Of a DNA stretch of 64,000 nucleotides, positions 60,646 through 64,000 are shown piece by piece. Source of the stretch: Methylobacterium sp. (GTDB lineage Bacteria; Pseudomonadota; Alphaproteobacteria; Rhizobiales; Beijerinckiaceae); NCBI GenBank assembly GCA_002928875.1, contig PERO01000016.1, positions 9,519 through 73,518 on the forward strand. The letters run 5' to 3'. The notes under the pieces were generated by a model. It saw nothing but the letters and a program-made list of their open reading frames with translations. It ran no database searches and was not told the origin of the DNA. How positions within the stretch are numbered: position 1 is the stretch's first letter; each line of letters starts with the position of its first letter. A program made the translations under genes and the position numbers.

Positions 60646-60852
60646 TCGGGCGATGCGGGGCGACTTCGGCCGTCCCGCTTCCCTCTCCTTACCCAGACAA
60701 GCGCCCCGCTTCACGGCCGGGCGCTTGTTTCATGTCGGCCACGGCCGACCGGCTTGAGAGGGAGAGACAGGCCGGGACGGGTTTGAGCCCGCGCGGTCGA
60801 GAGAGAGCGCCGGCAGGCTCGTCCCGTTCCCGCTCTCCTCGAGGCTTTCCCC

Positions 60853-63800
60853 ATGCACAGTCTTTCCTCGCGCGCGACCGCCCCGGCCGCGCCGCTGTCG
60901 TCCGTCCCGCCTATCGACACCGCCGCCGCCACCCTCACGGTGGCCCGCCAACTCCTCCCGCAGCTCGAGCGCGGCCAGCGCATCGACGCCGCAATCCTCC
61001 GCTCGGCCATGGAAGCCGCTTTCGGCGCTTCCGACACGTCGGGCATCTGGGACTGGAAGACGGCTTATGACGCCTGCGAGGCGGCGACCGTCCTGTTCCT
61101 GCGCAAATACGGAAAGGCGCTTCTCCGCAAAGCCGGCTCTCCGGCCGCCGCGCTGCCGCTGCTCGCCAAGATCGCGGGTCTTCTTCCCACCCACACACGC
61201 CGCTCCGCCGAGAGCGAGGCCTTTCAGCAATTCTCGACGCCAATCCCGCTCGGTCTCGCCGCACTAACCGCGGCCGCCATCACGCCGACCGATCGCGTCC
61301 TGGAGCCTTCGGCCGGCACCGGCCTGCTTGCCATCCTGGTCGAGATTGCCGGCGGCACGCTCATCCTCAACGAGCTGGCCGATACCCGCGCAGGTCTTCT
61401 CGCTTCCCTCTTTCCGGCTGTGCCCGTCACGCGCTTCGATGCGGCGCAGATTGACGATCATCTCGATCCGGCGGCGATCCCGAGCGTCGCGCTGATGAAC
61501 CCGCCATTTTCGGTGATGGCGAACGTCTCTGGCCGGATGGCCGACGCCGCCTGCCGCCATGTCGCCTCGGCACTGGCCCGGCTCGCCGAGGGCGGGCGTC
61601 TGGTGGCGATCACCGGCGCGAATTTCTCGCCGGATGCGCCGGCCTGGCGCGACGCCTTTGTCCGTCTGCAGGAGCGCGGCCGCGTGGTGTTCACCGCTGC
61701 GATCGCTGGTGCGGTCTATGCCAAGCACGGCACGACGATTGAGACGCGGCTCACCGTCATCGACAAGGCGCCGGCCGAAGATCCGGCCGCACTCCCCGCA
61801 TCCCCTGGCATCGCCCCCGACGTCGCAACGCTCATCGACTGGATCGCCGAGCATGTGCCGCCTCGTCCTGCCGTAGCCGCGACCATCGCCGCTCCCGTTG
61901 CATCTGGTCCTGTGCCGAAGACCGTGCGCGGCTATCTTGCACGGGCCGCCTCGAAGCCGCCCGCGAAGGCCTCGCTCGCCGAACCCGAGGGCGTAGACCT
62001 CAGCTATGAGACCGTGGATTGGGCACCGGCCGAGAGCACACGCCTGACCGATGCGATCTACGAAGAATACGGACTTCAGGCGATCCGTATTCCCGGCTCT
62101 CAGGCGCATCCCACCAAGCTCGTACAGTCGGCGGCGATGGCCTCGGTCGCGCCACCCAAGCCCAGCTATCGTCCGCGCCTGCCCGAAAACCTCGTCACCG
62201 ACGGCATCCTGTCCGATGCCCAGCTCGAAACCGTGATCTACGCTGGCGAGGCGCATTCCGACCATCTGGCAGGCTGCTGGACGGTCGATGACACCTTCGA
62301 TCTCGTCACGGCAGCACCCGACGATGCGAAGGGCGCAGTCCGTTTCCGGCGCGGCTTCATGCTGGGCGACGGCACCGGCGCGGGCAAGGGCCGCCAGTCG
62401 GCCGCCATCATCCTCGACAACTGGTTGCGCGGGCACCGCAAGGCGCTCTGGATCTCCAAGTCCGACAAGCTGATCGAGGACGCGCAGCGCGACTGGTCCG
62501 CGCTCGGCATGGAGCGCCTGCTGGTGACACCGCTATCGCGGTTCCCGCAGGGCAAGCCCGTCACGCTTCAGGAAGGCGTCCTATTCACCACCTACGCCAC
62601 GCTACGGTCCGACGAGCGCGGCGAGAAGGTTTCGCGCGTCAGGCAGATCGTCGAATGGTTGGGCTCTGACTTCGACGGAGTGATCATTTTCGACGAAAGC
62701 CACGCCATGCAGAACGCCGCCGGTGGCAAGGGAGAACGGGGCGACGTCGCCCCATCGCAACAGGGTCGCGCGGGGCTCCGCCTCCAGCACGCCCTGCCGA
62801 ATGCGCGTATCGTCTATGTCTCTGCGACCGGCGCCACCACCGTTCACAATCTCGCCTATGCCCAGAGGCTCGGCCTGTGGGGCGGCGAAGATTTTCCGTT
62901 TGCCACGCGGGCGGAGTTCGTGGAGGCGATCGAGGCCGGCGGCGTCGCGGCGATGGAGGTGCTCGCCCGCGATCTCCGATCACTCGGCCTCTACACGGCG
63001 CGCTCGCTCTCCTATGACGGCGTCGAATATGAGCTGGTCGAACACCAGCTCACCGACGAGCAGCGGCGCATCTATGACGCCTACGCCGGCGCTTTCGCGA
63101 TCATTCACAACAATCTCGATGCGGCGATGCAGGCAGCGAACATCACCGGCGAGACCGGCACGCTGAACGCCCGAGCGAAGTCGGCGGCGCGCTCGGCCTT
63201 CGAGAGCACCAAGCAGCGCTTCTTCGGACACCTGCTCACCTCGATGAAGACGCCGACGCTCATCCGCTCGATCGAGCGCGACCTCGATGAGGGCCACGCC
63301 TGCGTCGTGCAGATCGTCTCGACCGGCGAAGCGCTGATGGAACGGCGCCTCGCCGAGATTCCGACCGAGGAATGGAATGACGTGCGCGTTGACATCACGC
63401 CGCGCGAATACGTTCTGTCATACCTTCAGCATTCCTTCCCGGTGCAGCTCTACGAGCCCTTCACCGATTCTGAGGGCAATCTCTCCTCCCGGCCCGTCTA
63501 TCGCGACGGCCAGCCGGTCGAGAGCCGCGAGGCGGTCGCTCGGCGTGACCGGCTGATCGAGCAGCTCGCCGGCTTGCCACCTGTTCCCGGCGCGCTCGAC
63601 CAGATCATCCAGCGCTTCGGCACCGACATAGTGGCCGAAGTGACCGGGCGCTCGCGCCGCATTGTCCGCAAAGGCGACCGTTTGACGGTCGAGAACCGCG
63701 CCGGCTCGGCCAACCTCGCCGAGACCGCCGCCTTCATGGACGACCAGAAGCGCATCCTGGTGTTCAGCGATGCCGGCGGCACCGGGCGCAGCTATCACGC

Positions 63801-64000
63801 GGAGCTGTCGGCGAAGAACCAGCGCCTGCGCGTCCACTATCTGCTGGAGCCTGGCTGGAAGGCCGACGCCGCTATCCAGGGTCTCGGCCGCACCAACCGG
63901 ACGAACCAGGCGCAGCCGCCGCTGTTCCGTCCGATCACGACCGATGTGAAGGCCGAAAAGCGCTTTCTCTCCACCATCGCCCGCCGGCTCGACACCCTGG
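60853..64000 (+). CDS. Methyltransferase / strawberry-notch helicase fusion (runs off the window; absent from the ORF track)
   Basis: Read by hand from ATG 60853: QFSTP, LEPSAGTG, NPPF, LSDAQLE, GDGTGAGKGRQ, FDESH, SATG, QGLGRTNR. Confidence 0.9.
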   Translation, partial: MHSLSSRATAPAAPLSSVPPIDTAAATLTVARQLLPQLERGQRIDAAILRSAMEAAFGASDTSGIWDWKTAYDACEAATVLFLRKYGKALLRKAGSPAAALPLLAKIAGLLPTHTRRSAESEAFQQFSTPIPLGLAALTAAAITPTDRVLEPSAGTGLLAILVEIAGGTLILNELADTRAGLLASLFPAVPVTRFDAAQIDDHLDPAAIPSVALMNPPFSVMANVSGRMADAACRHVASALARLAEGGRLVAITGANFSPDAPAWRDAFVRLQERGRVVFTAAIAGAVYAKHGTTIETRLTVIDKAPAEDPAALPASPGIAPDVATLIDWIAEHVPPRPAVAATIAAPVASGPVPKTVRGYLARAASKPPAKASLAEPEGVDLSYETVDWAPAESTRLTDAIYEEYGLQAIRIPGSQAHPTKLVQSAAMASVAPPKPSYRPRLPENLVTDGILSDAQLETVIYAGEAHSDHLAGCWTVDDTFDLVTAAPDDAKGAVRFRRGFMLGDGTGAGKGRQSAAIILDNWLRGHRKALWISKSDKLIEDAQRDWSALGMERLLVTPLSRFPQGKPVTLQEGVLFTTYATLRSDERGEKVSRVRQIVEWLGSDFDGVIIFDESHAMQNAAGGKGERGDVAPSQQGRAGLRLQHALPNARIVYVSATGATTVHNLAYAQRLGLWGGEDFPFATRAEFVEAIEAGGVAAMEVLARDLRSLGLYTARSLSYDGVEYELVEHQLTDEQRRIYDAYAGAFAIIHNNLDAAMQAANITGETGTLNARAKSAARSAFESTKQRFFGHLLTSMKTPTLIRSIERDLDEGHACVVQIVSTGEALMERRLAEIPTEEWNDVRVDITPREYVLSYLQHSFPVQLYEPFTDSEGNLSSRPVYRDGQPVESREAVARRDRLIEQLAGLPPVPGALDQIIQRFGTDIVAEVTGRSRRIVRKGDRLTVENRAGSANLAETAAFMDDQKRILVFSDAGGTGRSYHAELSAKNQRLRVHYLLEPGWKADAAIQGLGRTNRTNQAQPPLFRPITTDVKAEKRFLSTIARRLDTL

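Larger units (their letters stand above)
26048..64000. mobile_element. Integrated element (probable ICE) at tRNA-Asn; right end lies outside the window
   Basis: Recombinase abuts the tRNA; codon usage visibly shifts; defence cargo is followed by ardC, parB-like and strawberry-notch backbone genes. No relaxase, T4SS or second att site is seen in the window. Confidence 0.85.

Noticed and set aside
26048-64000. Prophage
   Set aside because: No structural, terminase or lysis genes. The backbone genes are of the conjugative-element type.

Overview
GC-rich alphaproteobacterial (Hyphomicrobiales-like) chromosome. Bases 1-26047 are core genome: M48 peptidase, dsbA-like, aroQ, accB, accC, aat, DUF2155, NDUFA12, class II ribonucleotide reductase with tandem NrdR boxes, a small accessory patch (28-aa peptide, CGTC-type palindromic repeats with a GIY-YIG nuclease, GNAT, sterol desaturase, ceramidase), xth, exoR, ilvD, valS, popZ, tolC, pcm, tRNA-Cys and tRNA-Asn. 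From the 3' end of tRNA-Asn to beyond the window end lies an integrated element, probably an ICE. It starts with a large serine recombinase whose ORF runs into the tRNA, then a RES-Xre toxin-antitoxin pair and a thermonuclease. Next is a ~25-kb defence island of two divergent operons. Leftward: WYL regulator, SNF2 helicase, DUF4391-like, type III Mod and Res. Rightward: AddB-like nuclease, AddA-like helicase-nuclease, DUF6361-like, twin-HxK PLD and SF2 helicase, followed by a HelD-like SF1 ATPase. An IS110 element with a structured non-coding end and the backbone genes ardC, a HEPN-like ORF, parB-like and a methyltransferase/strawberry-notch helicase (cut by the window edge) follow. The best candidate for an undescribed system is the coupled five-gene AddAB-like plus Azaca-like operon. 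All family calls come from motif recognition by eye; no searches were run.
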